A stretch of 64,000 bases of DNA. Origin: Mobula hypostoma (taxonomy: Eukaryota). A program made the translations under genes and the position numbers. Shown in pieces: positions 63,375-64,000 of this stretch. Positions within the stretch are counted from its first letter, which is position 1. Each line of letters opens with the position of its first letter. The notes under the pieces are model-generated. The model did no database searches. It was not told the origin of the DNA and saw only the letters and a list, made by a program, of their open reading frames with translations. The DNA lies in assembly GCF_963921235.1 (NCBI RefSeq), contig NC_086097.1:73100001-73164000 (forward strand), given 5' to 3'.

Positions 63375-64000
63375 AACAGGTGCAGGAGTAGGCCATTCGG
63401 CCCTTCGAGCCAGCACCACCATTCACTGTGATCATGGCTGATCATCTACAATCAGTACCCCGTTCCTGCCTCTCCCCATATCCCTTGATTCTGCTATCTT
63501 TAAGGGCTCTACCTAACTCTCTCTTGAAAGCATGCAGAGAATTGGCCTCCACTGCCTTCTGAGGCAGAGCATTCCACAGATCCACAACTCTCTGGGTGAA
63601 AAAGTTTTTCCTCAATTCTGTTCTAAATGGCCTACCCCTTATTCTTAAACTGTGGCCTCTGGTTCTGGACTCCCCCAACATCAGGGACATGTTTCCTGCC
63701 TCTAGTGTGTCCAATCCCTCAATAATCTTATATGTTTCAATCAGATTCCCTCTCATCCTTCTAAGTTCCAGTGTATACAAGCCCAGTTGCTCCAATCTTT
63801 CAACATATGATAGTTCCGCCATCTCTGAAATTAAGCTCGTGCACCTACACTGCACTCCTTCAATAGCAAGGATGTCCTTCCTCAAATTTGGAGTCCAAAA
63901 CCACACACAGTACTCCAGGTGTGGTCTCACCAGGGCCTTGTACAACTGCAGAAGGACCTCTTTGCTCCTATACTCAACTCCCTATGTTATGAAGGTCAAC
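63375..64000 (-). mobile_element. CR1 3' end, runs off the window; close sibling of 52430-53066
   Basis: ORF 63442-63945 (YKALVRPHLEYC..RTRGHSLRIRGRPFRTELRKNFFTQRV). Confidence 0.95.

Noticed and set aside
1..64000. Prokaryotic-type systems (operons, CRISPR, retrons, defence islands)
   Set aside because: Low coding density, a spliceosomal exon and vertebrate TE families; all RT motifs belong to LINE or PLE elements; no repeat-spacer array.
27157..64000. Next STXBP6 exon (expected to start near VTNKKP)
   Set aside because: Not found by eye or in the ORF track; probably beyond the window. A short exon could have been missed.

Overview
Vertebrate genomic DNA, not microbial. The repeat families (CR1, Rex1/Babar-like, Penelope-like, V-SINE and Deu-SINE remnants) suggest a cartilaginous fish, probably a ray; this is inference. 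The only recognisable host coding sequence is the first coding exon of STXBP6 (amisyn) on the + strand (ATG 27003, GT donor after 27156). The rest appears to be intronic or upstream DNA crowded with decayed, often nested transposons: CR1, Rex1-like, one young RTE with TSD, an L1 3' end with TSD, Penelope-like elements (PLEs), two Tc1 copies, Tigger- and hAT-like MITEs, and an internally deleted BEL/Pao element whose two LTRs are split by later insertions. Most interesting signals: (i) tiny TSD-flanked, non-coding PLE-terminus insertions carrying a minimal hammerhead-ribozyme motif, one with an intact core in the sense of the STXBP6 pre-mRNA and two as long palindromes; (ii) the STXBP6 exon is a 192-nt phase-symmetric, stop-free exon bracketed by inverted CR1 copies (circRNA / rolling-ORF candidate); (iii) a four-level transposon nest; (iv) a 74-bp locally templated duplication. 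No evidence of a wholly new protein-coding system. TE family names come from by-eye motif recognition and most TE boundaries are approximate.
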